Positions 1 to 12,823 are shown, numbered from the stretch's first letter. The stretch is DNA of 64,000 nucleotides from Eledone cirrhosa (GCA_964016885.1 OZ024740.1:18848001-18912000); one strand, 5' to 3'. The notes: generated by a model not told the origin, from the letters alone. Numbers and translations are program-made.

Positions 1-85
1 AACATATAATTCAACCTTATTTACATATTCATTTGCATACTCATCCTAAAAGTTTGAAAAATCCGTTCTTTAATCCAAGGAAAAT

Positions 86-1049
86 TCAACTTTTTAGCCC
101 AGCTAATGATCTAAAAAGTCTTGCACAGAGTCGGCAACCAAAACATTCACTGGGAATAGTCGGCTGTGGTTGGAGTTCGTGTACTTTTGCATGTCGCTTG
201 AGCCCTCCTGCTGATTTACATTCTCTACCACATGCTTGGCAAGCATGATGAGTAGCATCTCCAACGGCAGCCTGGTAGTCAACCACTGGTCTAACTTTAT
301 GACTGCGAAGATGACTTTCGAGTCCAGCTTTGCTTAGGCAGAGTCTCGCACAGACGTTGCATGTCAGCACCATAGCAGGACCCTCGCCGTCTGGAAGTGC
401 AACAGCAATGTCCTTCCTCACATCCCGCTTTACTTTCTCGTATGCGATTCGAGATGCCTCAAAGGCAACTTGCCCCTCATATACAGTCTTTCTCCATTTA
501 TTACGATCAACAGCAACATTTTCCCATGTATCAGCAGAGATGTTAGCGTCTTCAAAGAGCCTTTCAACGAATCCTTATACCTCTTTTTTTGGTTTATGTG
601 GCGGTCGTTTTCCTTTAACTAACTCTCCATAAAAGAGTTGTTTTTGTATTCTAGAATCCTTCATCCTGGCAAGGTGACCACTCCAACGGAGTCGTTGCTT
701 AAGCACAAGAGCTTCTATACTGTCACACATAGAGCTTTCCAAAATCTCGATATCACTGATGTAGTCCCTCCAGTGAACGCCATGGATCCGTCTGAGACAC
801 ATCTGATGGAAACGCTCCAATTGTTTAAGGTGGTGTCGATATGGGACCCAGGTCTCGCAGGCATAAAGAAGAGAAGAGAGCACACACCTTTACCTTTGTC
901 TTCTTGCATATGTCTCGCCGACCCCAGAGTCGCCTTTCTAGCTTTCCGAAAGCATCACTTGCTTTCCTCATCCTAAGTGAGATTTCACTATCAAGGTTGC
1001 TGTATCGATTGACAGTGCTTCCCAGGTAGACAAACTGATCAACCACTCC
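86..1049 (-). mobile_element. RTE LINE 3' fragment (RT thumb and C2H2 region), same family as 7681-12133, 3'UTR missing
   Basis: ORFs 825..1103, 575..883 and 86..421 are collinear with the 10456..11640 protein ([19 protein letters not shown], CxxC..H..H); frameshifted. Confidence 0.93.
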
Positions 1050-1443
1050 AATAATAATAATTTTTCTGCTTTTGGCACAGATCCAGCGACTGCCCCAGCG
1101 CATTACTGGTGCTCTCTTTTGTTGACTCCGTGGGGATGAAAGGCAAGGTTGACCTCGTCGGGACTTGAGCTCGGAGCGTGGAGAGCCATAGCTCTATGCT
1201 GTAAAACAATTATAATAATACTGAACTGTAACACGAACGGCTTCAACTATACGAACTCTTGAAAGTCAACAGTTGACATAATCTTGTAATCTTGTATCAG
1301 TAATGACGGTAATATATATATATATATATATGTGTTTGTGTAAGTGAGTAGCGTGTGTGTGTTTGTTTGTATGTATGAGTGTTGGTGTGCGCGTGCGTAT
1401 GTATGTGTGTGTATGTCGTACGTATAAGTGTCAATAATTGGGA
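1050..1443. repeat. Second copy of the segment upstream of the full RTE (7292-7640), containing a tRNA-SINE fragment on the - strand
   Basis: Collinear with 7292-7640; that copy lacks about 47 bp between two CGTGG microhomologies. Confidence 0.85.
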
Positions 1444-1446
1444 CAT

Positions 1447-3455
1447 ACATACATACATACATTCATATAGAGAGGATTGCAGCGTCTTCACAGACGATTG
1501 CCGTCTCTTAATGATTCTTCGTTATCATCCCATCTGTGACCATGACTTCGTAGTGGACTTTGTAGACCAGCTGTAGATCTGCATGGTTTACTAGACAGGT
1601 GACAGAAGAGAGTTGTGCTTTCCACAGGAGCCGTGGGTCACCCTGTGGGACACAATCTTTATGTACCACCATGTGTTTTTTAGTTCGGAACTACACACTT
1701 TGTTGTATATCACGCACGTTGTTTCGCCAGGTCTTTGTTGTGGGTGGTTATCCTTTCATGAGACTTCAGGTGATTAGCATAACCAGCCTTTGAGAGGAGT
1801 ACACACTGACAGAAATTGCATGTCCAACTACTGATGACTTCATCAAGACTGAGCGCAGCCCTTCCGGAGCTGACGCTTCATTTGTTTATGTTCTAGACGA
1901 CATTCCTCAAACGTTTTGTAACTGCCCTTAATGCGCCTTCTCCATTCAGCCGTATTTAGAGCTATCTTCTCCCAGTTGTCTATATCAAATGCCAGGTTTT
2001 TGAGATTGTTCTTGATGCTGATCTTTTGCCCCCTTTTCGGTTTGGGTTGAGGTCTTTTTCTAAGATGGAGCTCACCGTAAAACAGTTGTTCCAGAATCCT
2101 ACTTTCTTTCATGCGGACGATATGTCCTGTCCAACGCATTTGAGAAGATGTTACTTAATGCTAGGACATTCTACTTTGATAAGAACATGGATGTCAGGAG
2201 TTCTGTCTTGCCACTTCATGTTGAATATGTTCCTTAAACATTTCTGCTGAAAATCACCCAAGCAATTTGGTGTGTTTACGGAATAGTGTCCAGGTTTCGG
2301 TGGAGTATAAAAGAGCAGATAGAACACATGATCTATACACACACACCTTGGTATTGTTGGTAATGTTGTGATTTGCCCAAACTCTCTTTTACTATTTTCC
2401 GAAGGCAACAGAGGCCTTTTGGATGCGTAGATGTATTTCAGCATCCAAGGAGCCATCATTTGACAGTATGCTACCAAAGTAGATAAATCCGTCTACTACT
2501 CCCAACCTGGTTCCATCAACCATTATATTGGGTTCAGTATATGGTTCTCCAGGAGCAGGGGTAAACATTACTTTGGACTTTTTAAGGCTGATTGTAAGCC
2601 CAAGTGCTGCACACGAGGATGAGAAATGGTCCATAATGTGTTCCATGTCAGCTTCTGTGTGTGCTAGGAAGTCAGCGTCGTCAGCGTAGAGAAGTTCTCT
2701 GGTCAGAGCTTGGCATTAAACCTTATTAAGCTGAAAACCTTTCCAGTAGTTCTGAACAGTAAGAGAAAGCCCCTGTCACAATCATGGAAAGCATATGAGA
2801 GCAAGGCAGCAAAGAAGATGGAGAAAGGTGTAGGAGCAGGAATATCACTTGCTTTACCCCGTTGTCAATTGGGATTTCCCCAGATAGTTGACCATTGAAG
2901 ATAACTTGAGCTTTTATATTTCTGTGCAGCTGCTTTAGCATACTCACAAACTTAGATCGACATCCCAGTTTTCCAAGTATTATCCAGAGTACATCTCTGT
3001 TAACTGTGTCAAAGGTCTTCGTTAGGTCAACAAAGACTTGATATAGGGAGACACTGCTCAATGCGTTTTTCTTGTATTTGTCTTACAGAGAAAATTATGG
3101 CAACTGTTCCTTTGCCTCCTCTAAAACCACTCTGTGATTCTGGGATAGCTATATGACAGATATCCTCCTCCAGTCTGTTGAGCAAAAGTCTTGTGAGAAC
3201 CTTGCCAACAGCTTCAAACAAAATGTTGCCATGGTAATCACCACATATCGATTTTTCACCTTTGCCTTTGTATAATGATAACAGAATACCGTTGATCCAG
3301 TCTTGCGGAACCGGAGTCCCATTCCAGCAATCAGTGAGGAAGTTGCTTATTGTTTCTGTTACATTATCACTATCGACATTCAGCAGTTCTACTGGAATAC
3401 CATCTGGACCTTGTGCCTTGCCAGAGTTAACCTGCTTGACTGTTAGCTTTATTTC
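1447..3455 (-). mobile_element. 5'-truncated degenerate RTE LINE (second family) with C2H2 remnants and (ATGT)n tail
   Basis: ORFs 3027..3533 (GKAQGPDGIP, SQSGFR), 2726..3061 (FVDLTKTFD), 2392..2646, 1843..2139 (RWTGHIVRM); YADD at about 2677-2688; (CATA)n at both ends. Confidence 0.92.
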
Positions 3456-3539
3456 ATACATACATACATACATACATACATACATACATACATACATACA
3501 TACATACATACATACATACATACATACATACATACATAC

Positions 3540-4837
3540 GAAGCTTCTACATCAACAGTGACATAGACCGCCTTTACTTGAAACGTAAGCAGGGAGGCAG
3601 AGGCCTAACATCAGTCCAGACATCATTTGAATGTCGCATCATATCTCTCCGACAACATCTACGAACCTCGAAGCGTAGGAGCCCGCTTCTCGAGCAAGTC
3701 TGTCTGCATGAAACAGATAAGATCATGAGAGTTGGGAAGGAACTCCTCGAGAGATATTCCCTGTGTGATAATCAAAAACTCGCAACCAGGGAAGTCGGTC
3801 AGCAGTATTGCAGTGAATCCATGGATGAAAAACTGCATACTTATCAGCAAAAAATCAGGCATGGATATGTTGCCAGGAAGCTCCAGAGTGAGAGTAATAT
3901 AGATAAGGAAAGTAGTCTATCTTGGAACAACAACCGCTATATTGGCTCCCACTTTGAAGGATACGCTTTTGCAATCCAAGAACAGGAAATTAACACGAAA
4001 TACCTGATTCATAAAAGAGATAGGGATGCAGCAAAATACCTAGATGTGATAACAAGTGCAGACTCTGCAGAACTAACATCGAAGATATCACCCATGTCAA
4101 CAGCAGCTGTCAAAAGATGTCATCGCGGTACTATCTAGCTATGAGGCATGATGTAGTGGCCAAAACACTGTACAATGCAATCCGTAGAAAAGATAGCCCT
4201 GATAATAAACACTTTAAAAGCTACAGCAATGTGGAAGACATCCATATACATATGAAAGAGTACTGGTGGAATGTTCCAGTAAAAAACACAATAAAATGCA
4301 GGCATAACAGACCATATATAATGATATGGGACAGGGAGAAGAAGGCATGCACAGTAGTGGAAATTAGCTGCCCAGCAGATGCCAATATAATATCAAAGGA
4401 AAATGTTTATGCAGAACTGATGAGAAATCTGCAGATACTCTACCCTGATTACACCTTCAGATTTATGCCTGTGATTATTGGGGCACTGGGGTATGTTAGT
4501 AACTGCCTCAATACAAATCTTGAGAAGCTAGGCTTCACAGGAACAGAAAGAACACAACTAGTTAGGAAACTACAAGTACAATCCATTAATGGAACAGTAA
4601 AAATATGTAAAACATTCAAAACTTTTGCATCTAATAACTGCATATACACATGTACTGATACAAAGCATATACACATGCACACATACAACTCAAAACATCC
4701 ACATCCACACATACAATAACGTCCATATCTACACATGCATGCATACATACATATCTACCTAGTTGATGTGTAAATTCCAATGAGAGAGTCTTGTGTCTAT
4801 GCTAGTGAAACTTTGTGAAATTATAAAACCAGAAGAA
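3540..4837 (+). mobile_element. 5'-truncated R4/Dong-like RLE non-LTR retrotransposon, family 1
   Basis: RLYLKRKQGGRGL, AIQEQEI, CCHC knuckle, RHD and RP(D)I..WD..VVEISCP endonuclease motifs; flanked by (CATA)n. Confidence 0.88.
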
Positions 4838-4928
4838 CATACATACATACATATATACATACATATATACCTACATGCATGCATGCATACATATATACAT
4901 ATATACCTACATGCATGCATGCATACAT

Positions 4929-4991
<63 letters not shown>

Positions 4992-5069
4992 CATTAATAC
5001 ATATATACACACGCACGCACACACACACGCACACACACACACACATATATATATATATACGTTTTGCAA

Positions 5070-5720
5070 GGTTTTTGATATGAATTTATGTGTTGAAACT
5101 AATATTGTTATATTTGGGGAGGGTCATATTGTTATAATATTGCCAGAAATAATGATTTCTACTATAGGCACAAGACCAGCAATTTTTGGGGGGAGGAGAA
5201 AGTCGATTAAATCGACCCCAGTGTATTACTTTATTTTATCGACCCTGTAAGGATGAAAGGCAAAGCTAACTTCGGCGGGATTTGAACTCAGATCGTAAAG
5301 GGGCGTAACTCTATGCTGCAAAGCATGTTGTTCGATACTGCCAATAATAAAACACACTAACTCTTTGGTTTGGTTTGGTTTTCGATTCTGTATATTTTAT
5401 ATCTCCATAGTTAATTTATCTGGCAATCAATGTTTATTATTGATTGACTAACGGTTAAAAATATAGATATGAATATATATATACAGCCTATCAAAGTTCT
5501 TTCATCACACACCTGTGACATCATCAGTGGTACTATTATGTTTCCTCCCGTTGTATTGTAATGTTTACTCCATTTTTATTTTTATTTTTATTTATTTATT
5601 CATTTATTCTTGTCTCTGTTTGCGCATGCGTTTGTGTGTGTTTTCTGTTTGGTGTGTGTTCGTATCTGAGTCTGTGTGTGTTTGCATTCTATCTTTGTTC
5701 ACTAGTGTGTGTTTATGTCA
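5070..5720 (-). mobile_element. 3' end of a Naiad-like Penelope element with hammerhead-like motif (5491-5530), interrupted by a SINE
   Basis: Reverse complement resembles 42395-42804 and 36895-36995; CTGATGA-T-GTCACA..TGTGAT-GAAA on the - strand. Confidence 0.65.
5149..5345 (-). mobile_element. tRNA-derived SINE
   Basis: Box B GAGTTCAAATCCC and body TTTGCCTTTCATCCTTACAGGGTCGATAAAATAAAGTA shared with more than 10 copies in the window. Confidence 0.85.
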
Positions 5721-5721
5721 T

Positions 5722-5836
<115 letters not shown>

Positions 5837-6211
5837 GTTATGTCATGCATATATATATATATGCATGACATAACCACATTATATATATAACGTGTGTGCG
5901 GTTTTATATGCATTCGGGTGTAAAACTGGGTAAGCAATGTATTGAAAGCATATAACTTTAAAATATGGAATAGCAGCATGTGTGTTTGTGTGTACATGTA
6001 TGTGTGTGTGTGTGTGTGTTTGTGCGTACATGTGTGTGTGTTTGTGTGTACATGTGTGCGTGCTTGTGTGTTTGTGTGTGGGTGTGATAATTAGTCAGTA
6101 GATGTGATAGAAATTATTCATTTATGCAAAACATTGTGAAATGTGAGAGCCGCAAAGCAGAGTTACCTAACTTATGGCTTAATGGTGAATACCTATATGT
6201 ATGTATGTATG

Positions 6212-6990
6212 TTTTCTCTTTCTCTTAATTTCGAGTATATTTTTTTGACCGGCCACCTTCCTGGTGGCAAGGTTGTAAAAGAAAAGAAATTGTCATCCCT
6301 TGAATCGCAAGAATGTTTTGCAAATTTTGAAGGTGCCAGCTATCGCAGCCATTTGTAATCTATGAATTAGGGAGCTGCGCTTTTTGTCCACAAATCCAAG
6401 TTCAGTCATACTTTGGTCCAAGCGGGTTGGTATATAACCCGTAGCACCAATAATGATGGGTATGAAGTTAAAGGTGTATCTTGGATACTGGATTTGTAAA
6501 CTCCTCATCAATGGTCCGTAGATGTCCTCCTTCTCCTGTATTTTTCTGACAACGTTTACATCAAGTGGGCAGCTGATCTCCACAACAGAACACGTTTTCA
6601 ATGTGTGGTCCCAAACTACAATATCAGGCCGGTTGTGCTTTAATTTGGTGGCAGTTTTTATTTTCAGGTTCCACCAGTATTCCTTAGTGCCATCTGTCTC
6701 AATATATTCTTCCTCGTTTGTTGTTAATTTTGTTTTCCGAAGTGCGTTCCAGATGGTTCTAGCTATCCCATCGTGTCTCATGGGGAGGTAGTAGCGAGAT
6801 GACATTCTTTCGCAGCTGGCAACAATGTGGCTTACATCCTCGATCTTTGTTTTACATAGCCTACATTTATTGTCAGCTGCTGGCCCTCCTCTTTTGTGCA
6901 GCAGATATTTGGTAGGGAGTTCTTGTTCCTGTATTGCATAGAGATATCCCTCAAGGTGTGATGTCATAAACTTGTCGGAACTCCATGCCA
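6212..6990 (-). mobile_element. 5'-truncated R4/Dong-like element, family 2
   Basis: ORF 6293..6991: CRLC..H....C, RHD, RPDIVVWD, VVEISCP; short 3'UTR; (ATGT)n on both sides. Confidence 0.9.
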
Positions 6991-7114
6991 TGTATGTATG
7001 TATGTATGTATGTATGTGTGTATGTATGTATGTATGTATGTATGTAGGTATGTATGTATTTGTATGTATGTATGTATGTATGTATGTATGTAGGTATGTA
7101 TGTATGTATGTATG

Positions 7115-7220
7115 TTATCTCTTTCTCTTAATTTCGAGTATATTTTTTTTACCGGCCACCCTCCTGGTGGCAAGGTTGTAAAAGAAAAGAAATTGTCATC
7201 CCTTGAATTTGCAAATTTTG
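7115..7220 (-). mobile_element. R4-like family 2, 3' stub
   Basis: Matches 6212-6330 with an internal deletion; embedded in (ATGT)n. Confidence 0.85.
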
Positions 7221-7645
7221 CACATGTATGTATGTATGTATGTATGTATGTATGTATGTATGTATGTATGTTGCGACCTTAAGAACAACTTTAATAATAA
7301 TTTTTCTGCTTTTGGCACGGACCCAGCGACTGGCCAGCGCATCACTGGTACTCTCTTTTGTTGACTCCGTGGAGAGCCATAACTCTATGCTGTAAAGCAA
7401 TTATAGTAATACTGGACTGTAATACGATCGGCTTCAACTATACAAACTCTTGAAAGTCAACAGTTGACATAATCTGGTAATCTTGTATCAGTAATGACGG
7501 TAATATATATATATATATGTGTGTGTGTGCGTGTAAGTGAGTAGAGTAGCGTGTGTGTGTGTTTGTTGTGTGTGTGAGTGTTGCTGTGTGCACGCATATG
7601 TATGCGTGTGTGTGTATGTCGTACGTATAAGTGTCAATAAGTAAT

Positions 7646-7677
<32 letters not shown>

Positions 7678-7680
7678 TTT

Positions 7681-7984
7681 TGCGCGGGGACATAGAAATA
7701 ATCGGGCTGGATGCCCGATCGCGCAGTTAAACCACTGGGAGTGAAGAACCCCTAGCCCATGTCAGGGTATTCTTCTAGGAGAAGGCATCTCAGGAAACTG
7801 GGTTAACTCCGATATAAAACCTGCGGCTCAGTAGTTACCGATGATGTTGATCTTTTCTTCTTTTCGGGTTATAGCTACTGTCGCTCAGAGAGTGGGATTG
7901 GTTCAGTGCACAGTCTTTCCTCACTTTAAAAATATTCGTCACGCACAGGCATTGCACGAGTGCATTAATAATTATTAATAGTGT

Positions 7985-8022
<38 letters not shown>

Positions 8023-8027
8023 TATTA

Positions 8028-8066
<39 letters not shown>

Positions 8067-11000
8067 CCAATTCAATGATGTTCCAGAACAATGTAAACGA
8101 GATAATTGCCAATTTGGGTTCTGGAACAAAAAGGATCATTGGCAATAAGGGCAGGGGCCCCAAGTTATCACAACCTGGGCCCGCCCGTCATCGTGCCATT
8201 GTAATAGAGCCAAACAGGGCATTTAGTCTTGGCTGCTGGAACGTACGGACGCTGCTTGACGGGGATTCTTTGGAGCGTCCTGAACGAAGGACCGCTCTTG
8301 TTGCGAAGGAGCTTCGACGTTACGATCTTGACATCGTGGCTTTGTCTGAGACGAGGTTAGCTGGAGATGGTCATCTTACGGAATTTTGTGGAGAATATAC
8401 ATTCTTCTGGAAAGGAAGAGATGAAGGAACCAGAAGAGAGGCTGGGGTAGGATTTGCTGTTAAGACTGTACTGGTGAATAAATTAGAAGAATTCCCAGTG
8501 GGGATTAGTGAGCGTCTTATGTCCATGAGAGTTCCGCTGGACAAGGGAAGATATGCTACCCTGGTGAGTGTGTATGCTCCAACTATGAATTCTGTCGATG
8601 AAGAAAAACTGTCCTTTTACCATGCCTTGAAAGGTGTTTTAAGAAATATCCCTCAGGCAGACAAAGTCATCGTGCTTGGTGACTTTAATGCTAGAGTGGG
8701 TAGGGATTTTAACACATGGAATGTAATCGGAAGGCATGGGGTGGGAAAGTGTAACAGCAATGGTATGCTCTTGCTGCAGATGTGTGAGGAGCTGGATCTG
8801 TGTGTTACCAACACCATGTTCCAACAAAAGAACAAATTCAAGACCACATGGATGCATCCTGCATCTAAGGAATGGCATCTTTTGGACTACGTCCTAGTCA
8901 GGATGCGTGACAGACAGGATGTGCAGTGTGTTCGTGTTCTTCGTGGAGCTGAGTGCTGGACGGACCACCGCCTGGTACGCGCAAAAGTGAATCTAATCAC
9001 CAAACGTAAAATCCGGGCTCCTGGTGTTACCCTGCCCAAAAGATTGAATGCTGCTCGTCTTAAGGATAAAAATGTGTAGAGGACATTGGAAGAAGAGATG
9101 CAGGCTGCAGATCTTGGTGAGGATTGGCCGACCCTTAAAAAGTCGGTTTATGATGTAGGCAGACGTGTTCTGGGATTGGTGCAGAGAAAACATCAGGACT
9201 GGTTTAATGAGAAAGATGTGCATATAGATGACTTGTTGGCTGATAGGAGGCGCGCTCTGTCACGCTACTTGACGGCAAAACCACAGGAGAGGAATACGTT
9301 GCATGAGGAGCTCAGGGATGTAAAATCACGTGTTAGGCGGAGTCTTTCTCAGATGAAGGATCAGTGGTGGAGTGAGAAGGCTGGTGAGATACAAACTGCG
9401 TCTGATTGCAATAACACAAAGCTGTTGTACAGTCTCTTGCGTGAGGTTTATGGACCGTCTTCTTCTCTGGTGACACCGATTCGCAGCAGGGATGGCAAAG
9501 AACTTCTTCGTGACTCACAGGGAATTCTACGAAGGTGGCGAGAGCACTTTGATGATCTTTTGAATCAGCCGTCTGTCGTCAGTGAAGATTTCCTCAATCT
9601 CATTCCGGAAAGTCCTGTGAAAGTAGCTCTCGCAGAACCTCCGACACTTGTGGAGGTTGCAGTGGCTATTTCGAAGCTGAACAGTGGAAGATCTCCAGGT
9701 ATGGATGGCATACATGCTGAGCTCCTACAATATGGTGGTGAGAGACTCCTGCAACATCTTCACTCTCTGTTTGGAAGGATATGGGCTAATGAATCCGTGC
9801 CTGAGGACTGGAGAGATGCAGTAATGGTGGTCTTGTACAAGGGAAAGGGTAACAGGAATGATTGTGGGAACTACAGAGGTATATCATTGCTTTCTGTCGT
9901 GGGGAAAGTTTTATGTAGGGTGCTTCTGGACCGTCTGCTGACACACATTGCAGATTGTGTCCTTCCTGAAAGTCAATCTGGTTTTCGTGTTGGACGCGGC
10001 ACTACTGATATGATCTTCTCAGCTAGACAGCTCCAGGAGAAGTGCATTGAACAGGGCTTGGATCTGTATCAGGTTTTTGTCGATCTGACAAAGGCTTTCG
10101 ATACTGTCAACAGAGATGCATTATGGAAGGTTCTCCAGAAACTTGGTTGCCCTGATAAGTTCCTTGCTTTAGTTAGGTCTTTCCATGACGACATGAAGGC
10201 TTGGGTTAATGTCGGAGGTAACATGTCGGAGCCTATCTCAGTAAAAAATGGAGTGAAACAGGGGGATATTCCAGCACCGACCCTGTTTGCCATATACTTT
10301 GCAATGGTTTTTTTTTTTTTTTTTTTTTTTTCTGTATTGCATTCAGGAATTGCGAGCATGGTGTTTACATCCGATATCGAACCTCAGGCAGCATATTTAA
10401 CATCAGGCGCTTTGCTGCGAAGACAAAAGTATTTACATCAGTCATAAGAGACCTCTTGTATGCAGATGATTGCGATCTTGTAGCGCACACAGAGATTGAT
10501 ATGCAGCACATTTTGAATGTATTTTCTGACGCTTGCACTGCCCTGGGTTTGACTGTCAGTCTCAAGAAAACCGTCGTCATGTACCAACCTGCACCTGGTA
10601 GGCAGTACACTGAACCAAACATCTATGTGTATGGCAAACGACTTGGAGTGGTTGATCAGTTTGTCTACCTGGGAAGCACTGTCAATCGATACGGCAACCT
10701 TGACAGTGAAATCTCACTTAGGATTAGGAAAGCAAGTGATGCTTTCGGAAAGCTAGAAAGGCGACTCTGGGGTCGGCGAGACATATGCAGGAGGACAAAG
10801 GTAAGGGTGTACAGGGCATGTGTACTCTCTTGTCTTCTTTATGCCTGCGAGACCTGGGTCACATATCGACGCCACCTTAAGCAATTGGAGCGTTTCCATC
10901 AGATGTGTCTCAGACGGATACATGGCGTTCACTGGAGGGACCACATCAGTGATGTCGAGATTTTGGAAAGCTCTATGTGTGACAGTATAGAAGCTCTTGT

Positions 11001-11648
11001 GCTTAGGCAGCGACTCCGTTGGAGTGGTCACCTTGCCAGGATGAAGGATTCTAGAATACCAAAACAACTCTTCTATGGAGAGTTGGTTAAAGGAAAACGA
11101 CCGCCACATAAACCAAAAAAGAGGTATAAGGATTCCTTGAAGGCCTCTCTGAAAGACGCTAACATCTCTGCTGATACATGGGAAAATATTGCTGCTGATC
11201 GTAGTAAATGGAGAAAGACTGTATATGAGGGAAAAGTTGCCTTTGAGGCATCTCGAATCGCACACGAGAAAGTAAGGCGGGACGTGAGGAAGGGTATTGC
11301 TGTTGCACTTCCAGACGGCGAGGGTCCTCCTATGTTTCTGACATGCAGCGTCTGTGCGAGACTCTGCCTGAGCAAAACTGGACTCGAAAGTCATCTTCGC
11401 AGTCATAAAGTAAGACCAGTGGTTGACTACCAGGCTGCTGTTGGAGATGCTACTCATCATGCTTGCCAAACATGTGGTAGAGAATGTAAATCAGCAGGAG
11501 GACTCAAGCGACATGCAAAAGTACACGAACTCCAACCACAGCCGACTATTCCCAGTAAATGTTTTGGTTGCCGACTCTGTGCAAGACATTTTAGATCATT
11601 GGCTGGGCTAAAAAGCCACATTCGATCGCAGCACTGTTAGTTGCTATC

Positions 11649-11686
<38 letters not shown>

Positions 11687-11765
11687 GCTTATGTGCGTGC
11701 GTGTGTGTGTATATATATATGAATATGTATATTATTATTGTTGTTGTCGTTATTATTATTATTGC

Positions 11766-11820
<55 letters not shown>

Positions 11821-11942
11821 GTTATTAATGTATGTGTGTATATATGTGTGAGTGTATGTGTATGTATGTGTGTGTGTATATATGTATGTATGTGTATGTA
11901 TGTGTGTGTGTATATATATGTGTATGTATATATATGTGTATA

Positions 11943-11975
<33 letters not shown>

Positions 11976-12007
11976 CTTTTCCCTTTTTTTTTTTTTTTTT
12001 TTTTTAA

Positions 12008-12052
<45 letters not shown>

Positions 12053-12133
12053 TTTTTTTTTTATTTTTTTTTTTTTTTATTTTTTTTATTGTGCAATGGC
12101 CATACTCGATAACGAGGGGGCAGCCATCATCAT
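7681..12133 (+). mobile_element. Near full-length RTE-clade LINE (5'UTR, single ORF, 3'UTR)
   Basis: 5'UTR motif TTCTAGGAGAAGG; APE+RT+C2H2 ORF; terminal hairpin CTCG-ATAA-CGAG followed by (ATGT)n. Confidence 0.96.
8075..11640 (+). pseudogene. RTE ORF: AP endonuclease, reverse transcriptase, three C2H2 zinc fingers; in-frame TAG at 9077-9079 and frameshift at T25 (10308-10332)
   Basis: WNVRTL, LSETR, GDFNA, LDY, TDH (APE); NYRGISLL, FVDLTKAFD, GVKQG, YADD (RT); three CxxC-x12-H-x3/4-H motifs. Confidence 0.95.
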
Positions 12134-12620
12134 GTATGTATGTATGTATGTATGTATGTATGTATGTATGCATGTATGTATGTATGTGTGTATGTATGTA
12201 TGTATGTATGCATGTATGTATGTATGCATGTATGTATGTATGTATGCATGTATGTATGTATGTATGTGTGTATGTATGTATGCATGTATGTATGTATGTA
12301 TGCATGTATGTATGTATGTATGTATGTATGTATGTATGCATGTATGTATGTGTGTATGTATGTATGTATGTATGTATGTATGTATGTATGTATGTATGTA
12401 TGTATGTATGTATGCATGCATGTATGTATGTATGTATGTATGTATGTACGTATGTGTGTATGTATGTATGTATGTATGTATGTATGTATGTATGTATGCA
12501 TGCATGTATGTATGTATGTATGTATGTATGTACGTATGTGTGTATGTATGTATGTATGTATGTACGTATGTATGTATGTATGTATGTATGTATGTATGTA
12601 TGTATGTATGTATGTATGTA
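12134..12620 (+). repeat. About 490-bp (ATGT)n tail of the RTE element
   Basis: Tetranucleotide array starts directly after CAGCCATCATC. Confidence 0.9.
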
Positions 12621-12621
12621 C

Positions 12622-12713
12622 TTGGTGCTACTGGTAACATGTATCCCAGTACAACCTATCAGGGCTATGGATATAAAGTAGTGGCCGTACTCGAAAACGA
12701 GGTGGCAGCCACC
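12622..12713 (+). mobile_element. Minimal (about 92 bp) derivative of non-autonomous RTE family B
   Basis: About 37 nt of the 5' leader fused to the last about 48 nt of the 17091-17701 element. Confidence 0.75.
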
Positions 12714-12792
12714 ATGTATGAATGTATGTATGTATGTACGAATGTATGCACGTATGTATGTATGTGCTTATATATATATGTATGTATATGTG

Positions 12793-12823
<31 letters not shown>

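Noticed and set aside
10753-11469. 238-aa antisense ORF inside the RTE
   Set aside because: Shadow of the sense ORF; not maintained as a long ORF in the sister copy at 86-1049.
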